DNA of 64,000 nt. It comes from an uncultured Candidatus Rokubacteria bacterium (GTDB taxonomy: Bacteria > Methylomirabilota > Methylomirabilia > Rokubacteriales > DASRDR01). The translations under genes were made by a program, and so were the position numbers. The notes under the pieces are model-generated. The model searched no databases. It was not told the origin of the DNA and was given only the letters and a program-made list of their open reading frames with translations. Below are positions 50,033 through 59,549 of this stretch, one piece after another. Each line of letters opens with the position of its first letter. The first letter of the stretch is position 1. The stretch is taken from assembly GCA_963826115.1 (NCBI GenBank), contig CAWGVS010000006.1:896001-960000 (forward strand). The letters run 5' to 3'.

Positions 50033-51007
50033 ATGAAGGCTCTGGGAGCCACCGTGATGCTGCTGGGCCTCCTACTCGGGCCCGTTGCCGGAGAGGCTCA
50101 GCCGGCCCAGCATACCCCCCGCGTCGGGCTTCTCATCCGCGGCATGCCCGGGCCCGCCAACCTGGATGCGTTCATTCAGGGACTGAGAGAGCTCGGGTAC
50201 GTCGACGGACAGAACGTCATCGTCGAGTCCCGGTCTACCCAGGGCCAGGACGACCAGCTCCCCACGCTGGCTGCGGATCTGGTGAGCGCGCGTGTCGACG
50301 TCATCGTCGCCTGGGGTGGCGAAGCCATCAATGCCGCCCAGCGGGCCTCGCGCGAGATTCCCATCGTGATTGCCTACACCGGTGACCCCGTGAAGTCCGG
50401 CTGGGTGATGAGCCTCGCCCGTCCCGGCGGTCAGGTGACCGGCTTGTCGGCGAACGCTCACGAGACCGCGGCCAAGCGGCTCGAGCTCCTCAAGGAGATC
50501 GTGCCGGACGCACTGCGCGTCGGCGTCCTGTTCCAGCGGACCGATAAGGCGAGCGCCGAGCAGGTGAGCGGGCTGGAGCAAGCCGCGCGCACGCTGGGCG
50601 TGACCCTGCGTGCCTGGGACGTGGAGCGCGCACCCGAGGTGGGACCCGCGTTCGCCGCCATGGCGGATGTCGCCGTGAATGCGCTCGTGGTCGTGCACAA
50701 CGCCTTCATGCTCGGACAGCAACGGGAGATCCTCCGCCTCGCCGCGACCCGACGACTGCCGGCGATCTACCAGCTCCGGCAGTGGGTGGACGCCGGCGGT
50801 CTGCTGGCCTATGGGCCGAACCCGGCCGACATGTCACGACGCGCGGCGCGCTACGTCGACCGCATCCTCAAGGGCGCCAAACCGGCCGACCTGCCAGTGG
50901 AGCAGCCCACCAGGTTCGAGCTCATCGTCAACCTGAAGACGGCCAAGGCTCTGTCGCTCACGATTCCGCCGGCCGTGCTCGCGCGGGCCGACGAAGTGCT
51001 CAGGTAG
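50033..51007 (+). CDS. orphan ABC substrate-binding protein (PF04392-like)
   Basis: GLRELGYVDGQNVIVE, SLARPGGQVTG, RILKGAKPADLPVEQPTRFELIVNLK. Confidence 0.88.
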   Translation: MKALGATVMLLGLLLGPVAGEAQPAQHTPRVGLLIRGMPGPANLDAFIQGLRELGYVDGQNVIVESRSTQGQDDQLPTLAADLVSARVDVIVAWGGEAINAAQRASREIPIVIAYTGDPVKSGWVMSLARPGGQVTGLSANAHETAAKRLELLKEIVPDALRVGVLFQRTDKASAEQVSGLEQAARTLGVTLRAWDVERAPEVGPAFAAMADVAVNALVVVHNAFMLGQQREILRLAATRRLPAIYQLRQWVDAGGLLAYGPNPADMSRRAARYVDRILKGAKPADLPVEQPTRFELIVNLKTAKALSLTIPPAVLARADEVLR

Positions 51008-51140
51008 TGTCCACGTCGAGGAGGGGGCCGCGGCGGACCTCGCGACGACGATGGTGCGCGGCGCGTGCCACGGCGCGCCTCGTCGCCCGGGACGATGCGG
51101 CGGACCTCGGTCGGATAGCATGGATGCGGGGGAGTCATTC

Positions 51141-52247
51141 ATGGACGCAGACGCGGTCGTGACGAGCGCTTCGGCCGGCGACGTGGACACGTTCTACCGG
51201 GAGCTCGAGCGGAACCACCTGGTGGCGCTGTGGAACGTCAACAAGAGCCTGCTCCCCAAGGAGCCGCGGAGCCGCTGCATCCCGCACCTCTGGCGGTGGG
51301 AGACCATGCTGCCGCTGGTCCGGCGCGGCGCGGAGGTGGCGCCGCTGAGCCGGGCCGCCGAGCGGCGCGTCCTTGGCTTCATCAATCCCGGGCTACCCGA
51401 TCGGTTCGGGGCGACCCACACGATCTGGGCGGGCTTCCAGTACGTGCTGCCCGGCGAGGTGGCGCCGGCGCACCGGCATTCCCCCGCGGCGATCCGGTTC
51501 GTCATCGAGGGCGAGGGCGCGTTCACCACGGTGGACGGCGACAAGTGCGTGATGGGGCGGGGGGACCTCGTGCTCACGCCCCCGTGGACCTGGCACGACC
51601 ACGGCAACGACAGCGACCGGCCGATGCTGTGGCTCGACGGACTCGACCTGCCGATGGTCGGGGAGCTGGAGGCCCAGTTCTACGAGCCCTTCGGGGAGGA
51701 AGCCCAGCCGATCGGCAAGCCGGTGGGGGACTCCGAGCGGCGCTACGGAATCGGCCAGCTCCGGCCGACGTGGGACACGTGGACGGCGTCGCACTCGCCG
51801 CTCCTCAACTACAAGTGGGACCGGACCGAGGAGGCGCTCCGGCGCCTCGCGTCCGTCGCCGGCCGCGCGAGCGCCCACGACGACGTGGCGATGGAGTACG
51901 TCAACCCGCGGACCGGCGGGCCCCTCATGCCGACGATGGCGTGCTGGATCCAGCTCCTGCGCTCCGGGGTCCGGACGACGGCGCGCCGGCAGACCGGCAG
52001 CGCGGTCTACTTCGTCTTCGACGGGCGCGGTCAGAGCGTCATCGATGGCCAGCGCTTCGAGTGGGGCAAGGGCGACCTCTTCGTCGTCCCGACGTGGGCC
52101 TGGCACGAGCACGCGAGCCTCGACGGCGAGGCGATCCTGTTCTCGGTGCGCGACACTCCGGTCATGCGGGCCCTGGGGCTCCACCGCGAGCAGAGCTACG
52201 CCGAGCACGGAGGCCACCAGCCGGTCACCCGCGTCTTCGAGGCGTAG
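51141..52247 (+). CDS. gentisate 1,2-dioxygenase-like bicupin
   Basis: ERRVL..NPGL, APAHRH, TPPWTWHDH, WLDGLDLP, VPTWAWHEH. Confidence 0.85.
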   Translation: MDADAVVTSASAGDVDTFYRELERNHLVALWNVNKSLLPKEPRSRCIPHLWRWETMLPLVRRGAEVAPLSRAAERRVLGFINPGLPDRFGATHTIWAGFQYVLPGEVAPAHRHSPAAIRFVIEGEGAFTTVDGDKCVMGRGDLVLTPPWTWHDHGNDSDRPMLWLDGLDLPMVGELEAQFYEPFGEEAQPIGKPVGDSERRYGIGQLRPTWDTWTASHSPLLNYKWDRTEEALRRLASVAGRASAHDDVAMEYVNPRTGGPLMPTMACWIQLLRSGVRTTARRQTGSAVYFVFDGRGQSVIDGQRFEWGKGDLFVVPTWAWHEHASLDGEAILFSVRDTPVMRALGLHREQSYAEHGGHQPVTRVFEA

Positions 52248-52253
52248 CGGGCC

Positions 52254-53102
52254 GTGCGCCTCGTCGTCTTCGACGACAGCCGGGTCGGGCTCCTGCGGGA
52301 CGGCGCCGTCGTCGACGTCAGCGACCTGGTCGGGGCGGGCAGCGGCCGGTGGCCGCCCGTCTTCCTCCTCGGCGCGATCGCCGACTTCGACCGCCTCCGC
52401 CCGCGGCTCCTCGAGGCGCTCCGGGATCGGCCCGGCGTCCCGGCCGACCGCGTGCGGCTCCGCGCGCCGGTCGTCTTCCCGAGCAAGGTGATCGCGGCGC
52501 CGGTGAACTACCGGCTCCACATCGAGGAGATGCGGCCCCTGGTGAAGGGCGAGCTCCACGCGATCGAGCGCTACGGGCTGTTCCTGAAGGCCCCGTCGTC
52601 CATCGTGGGTCCGGACGCCACCGTCGAGCTGCCGTTCCCCGAGCGCCGGACGGACCATGAGGTGGAGCTCGGCGTGGTGATCGGCCGGACCGCTCGGAAC
52701 GTGGCCATGCGCGACGCCATGAGCCACGTCTTCGGGTACACCGGGGTCATGGACGTCACGGTGCGCGGCGACGAGGACCGCTCGACCCGGAAGTCCTTCG
52801 ACACGTTCACGCCGGTCGGTCCGGTCCTGGTGACGGCGGACGAGATCCCGGACCCCCACGCGCTCCAGCTCCAGCTCTGGGTCAACGGCGAGCGCCGCCA
52901 GAACGGCAACACCCGGGACATGATCTGGAACGTGCCGAAGCTCGTGGAGTATGCCTCCCACGTCATGACCCTCAATCCCGGCGACCTCCTGTCCACGGGG
53001 ACGCCGGACGGCGTGGGGCCGCTCAGACCCGGCGACGAGGTGACCATGGAGGTCGAGCGCGTCGGGCGCCTGTCGGTGCGAGTGGAGCTCCGGAAGCCCT
53101 GA
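52254..53102 (+). CDS. fumarylacetoacetate hydrolase family protein
   Basis: VNYRLH, DHEVEL, KSFDTFTPVGP, TGTPDGVG. Confidence 0.9.
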   Translation: MRLVVFDDSRVGLLRDGAVVDVSDLVGAGSGRWPPVFLLGAIADFDRLRPRLLEALRDRPGVPADRVRLRAPVVFPSKVIAAPVNYRLHIEEMRPLVKGELHAIERYGLFLKAPSSIVGPDATVELPFPERRTDHEVELGVVIGRTARNVAMRDAMSHVFGYTGVMDVTVRGDEDRSTRKSFDTFTPVGPVLVTADEIPDPHALQLQLWVNGERRQNGNTRDMIWNVPKLVEYASHVMTLNPGDLLSTGTPDGVGPLRPGDEVTMEVERVGRLSVRVELRKP

Positions 53103-53234
53103 TCGGCGCGGGGCCGGCGCCCGGGAACCATCCGCCGGCGTGTCGGGGTTTTCCCTAGTGCGGGCACGCCGCGGCCGGGTCCCGGCGGCGGCGCGCGGCC
53201 GCGTCCGACCCTCCACGGCGTACGGAGGACCCTC

Positions 53235-53723
53235 ATGCGAACCGTCGTGTCCATCGTTTCGATCGTGACCGGGCTGATGCTCGCCCTGACCGGGTCGAGC
53301 CTGGCGCAGGCCCCGCCGGCGTACGGACCGGCCATCACACTCGAGCAGGCGCTGAAGGTCGTCGCCGGCGCGGAGGCCGAGGCCCGGAAGAACAACTGGC
53401 CGATGGCGATCGCGGTGCTGGACTCGAGCGGCTACCTGGTCGCCCTTCACCGCCTCGACAACACGCAGTTCGGGAGCATCGAGGTGGCCCGACAGAAGGC
53501 GTGGAGCGCGGTCGCCTACCGGCGCCCGACCAAGGTGTTCCAGGACGCGGTCGCGGGCGGGGGAGCCGGCCTGCGCACGCTGGCGCTCGAGGGAGCCGTG
53601 CCGATCGAGGGCGGACTGCCCATCCTGGTCGATGGGAAGGTCGTGGGGTCCATCGGAATCTCGGGAGGCACCGGCGAGCAGGACGGGCAGGTCGCCGCGG
53701 CGGGAGTCGCCGCGCTCAAGTAG
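53235..53723 (+). CDS. GlcG/HbpS family heme-binding protein, exported
   Basis: GGAGG RBS, signal peptide, KAWSA, GGLPI, GISGGTGEQD. Confidence 0.88.
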   Translation: MRTVVSIVSIVTGLMLALTGSSLAQAPPAYGPAITLEQALKVVAGAEAEARKNNWPMAIAVLDSSGYLVALHRLDNTQFGSIEVARQKAWSAVAYRRPTKVFQDAVAGGGAGLRTLALEGAVPIEGGLPILVDGKVVGSIGISGGTGEQDGQVAAAGVAALK

Positions 53724-53733
53724 GCTAGCGGGA

Positions 53734-53760
53734 GCGGGCGCCGGCTCGACCGGCGCCCGC
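53734..53760 (+). terminator. GC-rich 11-bp stem hairpin after the glcG-like gene (no U-tract)
   Basis: GCGGGCGCCGG-CTCGA-CCGGCGCCCGC. Confidence 0.4.
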
Positions 53761-53798
53761 CTCGGGTTGGAGAACGGCCGGCAGGAGGGAGGCGTGCG

Positions 53799-54383
53799 GT
53801 GAGGAAGCGCCTTGTCGAAGCGTCCCTCCTGTCGTCCTGTCTCGGGCTCGGCCTGCTCCTCGCGGTCGGGCGGCCGGCCGCGCCCGCGGACGGATCGCCG
53901 TGGGACGCGCTCCGCACGCCCGGCGCGGTGGTCGTGTTGCGGCACAGCTACGCGCCCGGCGGGTTCGATCCGCCCGGGGCGCGCCTCGACGACTGCGCCA
54001 CCCAGCGGAACCTCGACGACAACGGGCGGGCGCAGGCCCGGCGGATCGGCGCCGCGTTCCGGGAGCGCGGCATCACGCCCGGCGCGGTCCTGTCGAGCCC
54101 CCGCTGCCGGTGCCTGGACACCGCGCGCCTCGCGTTCGGGAAGGTCGAGGCGTGGGAGCCGCTCCAGGGGGCGCTCGACGACGCTGCCCGTCGCAAGCAC
54201 CAGGTGGCCGAGATCCAGCAGCGGGTCGCGACCCACCGCGCCGGTCCGCCGCTCGTGCTCGTCACCCACGGGAGCGTCGTCACGGACCTGACCGGGCGGA
54301 ACATCCGGATGGGCGAGCTCGTGGTCCTGACGCCCGCGACCGCGGGCGGCCACGCGGTCGCGGCCCAGCTCTACGTCGACTGA
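53799..54383 (+). CDS. histidine phosphatase family protein, exported
   Basis: LRHS, QRNL..GR.QA, SSPRCRCLDTA, LVTHG. Confidence 0.82.
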   Translation: MRKRLVEASLLSSCLGLGLLLAVGRPAAPADGSPWDALRTPGAVVVLRHSYAPGGFDPPGARLDDCATQRNLDDNGRAQARRIGAAFRERGITPGAVLSSPRCRCLDTARLAFGKVEAWEPLQGALDDAARRKHQVAEIQQRVATHRAGPPLVLVTHGSVVTDLTGRNIRMGELVVLTPATAGGHAVAAQLYVD

Positions 54384-55741
54384 CGGGCGGCCCGCCCATC
54401 CTGCCGGCGATCCTCGCCCAGGCCTGGCCGATCCTCCTCGGCCAGTTCGCCGCCGTCGCGTACAGCGTCATCGACACGATGATGACGGGCCATGCCTCGC
54501 CCGCCGACCTGGCCGCGATGGGGCTCGGCGCGAGCGTCTACTCGAGCGTGTTTCTCGCGCTGACCGGCGTGGTCAGCGCGCTGAACCCGATCATCGCGCA
54601 CCACTACGGCGCGCGGCGCTGGGACGCGATCGGCCCGAGTTACGTCCAGGGCCTGTGGCTCGCGCTCCTCCTCTCGCTGGTCGGGATGCCGGTGCTCGCC
54701 TTTCCCGGACCTTGGCTCGCGCGCCTGGGGGCCGATCCGGCCGTGGAGGCGCTCGCCACGCAGTACCTGCGCCTTCTGAGCCTCGGGCTCCCGGCCGCGC
54801 TGATGTTCCGCGCCACCTATGCGCTCAACGTCGCGATCTCACGGCCGAAGGTGATCATGGCGATCCAGGTCGCCGGACTGGTCCTGAAGGTCGCGCTGAA
54901 CGACGTCCTCATCTTCGGGCACTTCGGCCTGCCCAGGCTCGGGGCGGTCGGGTGCGGTCTGGCGTCCTTCATCGTCTACTGGGTGCTGTGCCTGATGGCC
55001 TTCGGGTACATGCACTACGACGAGCGATACCGCCGCTACGCCATCGGACGCGCGGCCCCGCGCGGGCCGGCGCTCGCGGAGCATCTCCGGCTCGGTGTCC
55101 CGATCGGGCTCGCGTACGCGCTCGAGACGACCTCCTTCACGTTCATGTCCCTGCTGGTCGCGCGCCTCGGGACCGGCGTGCAGGGAGGCCACCAGATCAT
55201 CGCCAACCTGGCGGGCATCGCCTACCAGATCCCGCTCGCCCTGTCGGTTGCCACCGCGACCCTGACGGCGCAGGCGATCGGGGGCGGCGACTCGCGGCGG
55301 GCCCGGCGCGCCGCCTTCACCGGGATCCGCGCGGCGGTGGGGGCCGCGGTCGTCACCGCGGCGGCGTTCTGGACGTTCCGGCGGGGGATCCTCTCGCTCT
55401 ACACGACGGACACCGCCGTCACGGCGGTGGCGCTGTCTCTGATCGGCTACATGGTTGCGTTCCACGTCTTCGATGCGTTCCAGAGCACCGTCAACTTCGT
55501 CCTGCGCGCGTACCGCGTCGTGGTCGCGCCGATGCTCGTCTACGCCGTCGCGCTGTGGAGTCTCGGCCTGGGCGGCGGGTACGTCCTCGCGTTCCACGGC
55601 GGGTTCGGCGAGCCGCGGGGGGTCGCGGGGATGTGGCTCATGCAGGCGATCGCGCTCGGCCTGACGGCGGCGCTCCTGCTCGGTCTGTACCTCTGGGTGC
55701 TCCGGCAGGAGGGGCCGGCTGCGGGGCCGACTTCGGGCTGA
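54380..55741 (+). CDS. MATE family efflux transporter (NorM-like), probable CTG start
   Basis: AWPILLGQ, IDTMMTGH, LIFGHFGLPRLGAVGCGLA, LGVPIGL; no in-frame ATG/GTG between the upstream stop and the first TM helix. Confidence 0.88.
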   Translation: MTGGPPILPAILAQAWPILLGQFAAVAYSVIDTMMTGHASPADLAAMGLGASVYSSVFLALTGVVSALNPIIAHHYGARRWDAIGPSYVQGLWLALLLSLVGMPVLAFPGPWLARLGADPAVEALATQYLRLLSLGLPAALMFRATYALNVAISRPKVIMAIQVAGLVLKVALNDVLIFGHFGLPRLGAVGCGLASFIVYWVLCLMAFGYMHYDERYRRYAIGRAAPRGPALAEHLRLGVPIGLAYALETTSFTFMSLLVARLGTGVQGGHQIIANLAGIAYQIPLALSVATATLTAQAIGGGDSRRARRAAFTGIRAAVGAAVVTAAAFWTFRRGILSLYTTDTAVTAVALSLIGYMVAFHVFDAFQSTVNFVLRAYRVVVAPMLVYAVALWSLGLGGGYVLAFHGGFGEPRGVAGMWLMQAIALGLTAALLLGLYLWVLRQEGPAAGPTSG

Positions 55742-55750
55742 GGGCCGCGC

Positions 55751-57874
55751 TCAGGAAGCCGGGCGATCGCCGGGCCCGGCCAGTGTTCCCCGGGCATCGA
55801 CGGCGACCACCCCCGAGGGCGTCGCCACCAGGGGATTGAGCTCCACTTCGAGGAGATCGGGCCAGTCCGCGGCGAGGCGCGCGAAGCGGGCGATCGCGCC
55901 CGTGAGGGCCGCCCGGTCCACCGGCGGCTCGCCCCGCGTTCCCCGGAGGAGGGCGGCCATCTGGAGCTCGTCCAGCATGCGGTCCGCCTCGGCGGGCGTG
56001 ATGGGCGCCAGACGCGTCGCCGTGTCCCGCAACACCTCCACGTAGACACCGCCGAAGCCGACCATCACCAACGGCCCGAACTGCGGATCGCGCACCGCGC
56101 CGAGCAGCAGCTCCTTGCCCGGGACCGCCATCGGCTGGACGAGGAAGCCCTCGATGGCCGCGTCCGGCCGCCGCGCTCGCACGCTGGCGAGCATGGCCGC
56201 TGCGCTCCGCGCGACGTCCGCCGGCCCGGCCAGGCCGAGCGCGACGCCACCGACGTCGGTCTTGTGGCTGATGTCGGGGGACAGGATCTTCAGCGCCACC
56301 GGCCCACCGAGCCCGGCCGCCACCGCCGCGGCCTCATCGGCGCTCCGGGCGACCCGCGGCATCAGGAGCGGAATGTCGTACGCGCCGAGGAGCGGCGCGA
56401 GGTCGAGAAGACCGAGCTGCTGGACGCCCGTGGCCCGCAGCCGCTCGAGCGCCGCGAGTGCGGCCGGCGGCGGCGCGGGGGTCGCGGCGCGCTCGGCGCG
56501 GCCGCGCTCGGCGACCCGGGCCATCCCGGCGATCGCCGCGACCGCGGGCTCCGGGAACGGGTAGCAGGGCACGCCTCCGTCCTCGAGGACCCGCACGCCC
56601 GGCGCGACCCGGTCGCCGCCCACCAGGGCGGCCACGATAGGGCGCGCCCAGTCGCGGGTGGCGCCGAGGACCGCCCGGGCGACGCCGACGGCGTCGGTCG
56701 TCGCCTGCGCCGTCATGATGACCAGCGCGGCGTCCACGCCGGCCCCGGGACCGACGGCGAGGAGCGCGTTCGCGTAGCGGGCGGCGTCGGCGTCGCCCAC
56801 GAGGTCAATGGGGTTTCCGAGGCTCGCGGTGGGTGGCAGGACAGCCTGGAGCCGCATCTTCAGGGCGGCGTCGACGGCAGCCAGCTGGAGGCCGGCGTCG
56901 CGCGCGGCGTCGGCGGCGATCACCCCGAGGCCGCCGCCGTTGGTAACGACCAGGAGTCGACGCCCGCCGGGGAGAGGCTGAGTGACGAGGCAACGCGCCA
57001 GGTCGAACAGCTCTTCGACGCTCCGCGCGCGCACGGCGCCCGCCTGACGGACGGCGGCGTCGAACGCGGCATCCGAGCCCGCGAGGGCGCCGGTGTGGGA
57101 GGAGATGGCCCGCCCGCCCTCGGGCGTGCGTCCGGCCTTCAGGATGACCACCGGCTTCTGGGCGGCCGTCGCCCCGAGCGCCTCGAAGAAGCGCCGGCCG
57201 TCGGCCAGGCCCTCCAGGTACGCGACGACCACCCGCGTCTCGGGGTCGTCGGCGGCGGCCTCGAGGAACTCCGACTCGGTCAGGTCGGCCTGGTTCCCGA
57301 GGGTGGCGAAGAAGGAGAAGCCAAGCCGCCGGGCGCGCGCCCAGTCGAGGATCGCGGTGGCGAGCGCGCCCGAGTGCGAGATGAAGGCGATGCCGCCGGC
57401 GGGCGGCATCCCGGGCGCGAACGTCGCGTTCAGCCGGCGCGACGGACGGATCCAGCCGAGGCAGTTCGGGCCGAGGAGGCGGATGGGCGCCGTCCGGAGC
57501 CACGCCCGGAGCTCGGCCTCGCGCGCGGGCCCGGGGTCGCCCGTCTCGCGGAATCCGGCCGAGATCACCACCGCGCCCGAGATGCCCTTGGCGACGCAGT
57601 CCCGGAGCGTCGCCAGCACCGCGGGCGCCGGCACCGTGATCACGGCGAGGTCGACGGGCGAGTCGATGTCGAGCAGGGATGCGACCGCCGGCAGGCCCTG
57701 GACCGTGCCCGCCCGTGCGTTCACGGGCCACACGCGACCCGGGAAGCCCGCCGCGCGCAGGTTGGCGATGACGCTACCGCCGACCTTGGCGGGATCGCGC
57801 GAGGCGCCCACGACGGCGACGGCGCGCGGGTCGAAGAACGCGGCGAGGTTCCCGGGCGCTCGGGCGACGCTCAT
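55751..57874 (-). CDS. ADP-forming acetate/acyl-CoA ligase (alpha-beta fusion)
   Basis: VAVVGAS, GPNCLG, SHSGA, SHTGALAG (phospho-His), NPIDL, HKTDVGGV, DPQFGP, ELNPL. Confidence 0.88.
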   Translation of the reverse strand: MSVARAPGNLAAFFDPRAVAVVGASRDPAKVGGSVIANLRAAGFPGRVWPVNARAGTVQGLPAVASLLDIDSPVDLAVITVPAPAVLATLRDCVAKGISGAVVISAGFRETGDPGPAREAELRAWLRTAPIRLLGPNCLGWIRPSRRLNATFAPGMPPAGGIAFISHSGALATAILDWARARRLGFSFFATLGNQADLTESEFLEAAADDPETRVVVAYLEGLADGRRFFEALGATAAQKPVVILKAGRTPEGGRAISSHTGALAGSDAAFDAAVRQAGAVRARSVEELFDLARCLVTQPLPGGRRLLVVTNGGGLGVIAADAARDAGLQLAAVDAALKMRLQAVLPPTASLGNPIDLVGDADAARYANALLAVGPGAGVDAALVIMTAQATTDAVGVARAVLGATRDWARPIVAALVGGDRVAPGVRVLEDGGVPCYPFPEPAVAAIAGMARVAERGRAERAATPAPPPAALAALERLRATGVQQLGLLDLAPLLGAYDIPLLMPRVARSADEAAAVAAGLGGPVALKILSPDISHKTDVGGVALGLAGPADVARSAAAMLASVRARRPDAAIEGFLVQPMAVPGKELLLGAVRDPQFGPLVMVGFGGVYVEVLRDTATRLAPITPAEADRMLDELQMAALLRGTRGEPPVDRAALTGAIARFARLAADWPDLLEVELNPLVATPSGVVAVDARGTLAGPGDRPAS

Positions 57875-57896
57875 CCTCCGCGCGCCCCGGGTGCCC

Positions 57897-59549
57897 TCAC
57901 CAGACCCGGAAGCCCGGCACGTTGAGCGGGGTCGTGACGATCAGGTGCGCGAGCGACGGCCCGTAGGCGATGAGGATCAGCACCGCCGCCACCGCGAGCC
58001 AGGGCCGCCAGCGATCGAGGACGGCCGGCGCGTGATCGGGGCCGGAGAGCGCCTCCGCGAAGGGCGGGATCTCCGGCGCCGGCCCCCGGGACCAGGCCAG
58101 CGTCCCGACGATGTTGAGGAAGTAGAGGAGGGCGCTCAGGAACAGCCCGGTGCCGCCGATCCCGACCCACATGAGGTCCGAGTGCCACTCGGGGCGGACG
58201 TACGGGGCCGCGCTCAGCATCGTGCGCCGCGGCGCGCCGGCCAGCCCGAGGCTGTGCTGAGCGTGCGAGAAGACCGCCATCGCCACGAACCAGAGCCACG
58301 CCTGGACCAGCGCCAGGCGGCGGCTCCAGAGCGCGCGGCCCCGGAGCACGGGGACCAGCCAGTAGGTGATGCCCATGAACGAGAGGGTGACGGCCGTGCC
58401 CACCGTCAGGTGCAGGTGGCCGGGGATCCAGGCGGTGTTGTGCACGACCAGGTTCAGATTGTAGGACGCGTTGATCAGCCCGCCCACCCCGCCGAAGACG
58501 AACAGGAGCATGGCCAGGACCTGCGCCGCGACCGACGGGTCGCCCCACGGCAGTTTGCCGAACCACGCGACCCAGCCCCGCCCGCCGCGAGCCCGCGCGC
58601 CGCTCTCCAGCGACGCGACCACGTTGAAGAAGGTGAGGAGGCTCGGAAAGAACACCGCGAAGGTGAGGAACGCGTGGACGAGCTTCCAGAGGTGATGGAT
58701 CCCGGGATCGGCGTACTGGTGGTGGAAGCCGAGGGGCGTGGAGAGGACCAGGAACAGGATGAACGAGGTGCGAGCCAGCGGGTCGCTGAAGAGCTTGCCG
58801 CCCGCCTGGCGCGGCACCAGCGTGTACCACGACATGTACGCCGGCAGGAGCCAGAAGTAGACGATGGGATGGCCCGTGAACCAGAAGAGCGCCCGCGCGA
58901 GGAGGGGATCGGTGCCGCTGACGAGGCCGAGGGACCACGGGATCAGCATGAACAGCATCTCGGAGGCGATCCCGATGGACGCGATCGACCACATCGCGAA
59001 CGTCACCATCGCCATGAAGGCCGCCAGCGGGGTGCGCTCGCCGGGGTGCCCGGCCCGCCAGGCTCGCAGCGTGAGGGCCAGGTTCAGCGTGACGAGCCAC
59101 GTGCCGGCGACGACCACGGTCAGCCCGACGTAGAAGGCCCAGTGCGCCTTGAGCGGCGGGTAGAAGGTGAACATGACGGTTGCCGCGTTGCCGAGGAGCG
59201 GGATCGCCGCGAGGACGAGCCCGGCCGACATCAGCCAGAAGGTGCCCCAGGCGAGGGGACCGCTCCAGAGTGGGCGCCCGAGCGCCCGCGCGGCCAGGAG
59301 CGGGACGAAGCCGCAGATGAAGAACGTCGTGAAGACGAGGACGTTCAGGACGCCGTGCAGCGTGAGCCCGTGGTAGTAGGAGCGGATCACGGGAGACAGC
59401 GCCGGATAGAGGTTCAGGCCCGCGTGCTCCAGCGCCTGGAAGAGGCCCACCGTCACGCCGACGAAGAGCGCCGAGAGGGCCACGCCCAGGTTCGCGCCGG
59501 CAACGCGGCGCTCCACCGACAGGGCAACGGTCGGCTCGGCGGGGGTCAT
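57897..59549 (-). CDS. cbaA: ba3-type (B-family) cytochrome c oxidase subunit I
   Basis: YYHGLTLHGVLN, LFWFTGHPIVYFWLLPAY, GFHHQYAD, HNTAWIPGHLH. Confidence 0.93.
   Translation of the reverse strand: MTPAEPTVALSVERRVAGANLGVALSALFVGVTVGLFQALEHAGLNLYPALSPVIRSYYHGLTLHGVLNVLVFTTFFICGFVPLLAARALGRPLWSGPLAWGTFWLMSAGLVLAAIPLLGNAATVMFTFYPPLKAHWAFYVGLTVVVAGTWLVTLNLALTLRAWRAGHPGERTPLAAFMAMVTFAMWSIASIGIASEMLFMLIPWSLGLVSGTDPLLARALFWFTGHPIVYFWLLPAYMSWYTLVPRQAGGKLFSDPLARTSFILFLVLSTPLGFHHQYADPGIHHLWKLVHAFLTFAVFFPSLLTFFNVVASLESGARARGGRGWVAWFGKLPWGDPSVAAQVLAMLLFVFGGVGGLINASYNLNLVVHNTAWIPGHLHLTVGTAVTLSFMGITYWLVPVLRGRALWSRRLALVQAWLWFVAMAVFSHAQHSLGLAGAPRRTMLSAAPYVRPEWHSDLMWVGIGGTGLFLSALLYFLNIVGTLAWSRGPAPEIPPFAEALSGPDHAPAVLDRWRPWLAVAAVLILIAYGPSLAHLIVTTPLNVPGFRVW

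Noticed and set aside
57897-59549. Possible nitric oxide reductase variant of the heme-copper family, given the nearby FNT channel
   Set aside because: Active-site HPIVY Tyr and the CuB histidines match a canonical B-family O2 reductase.
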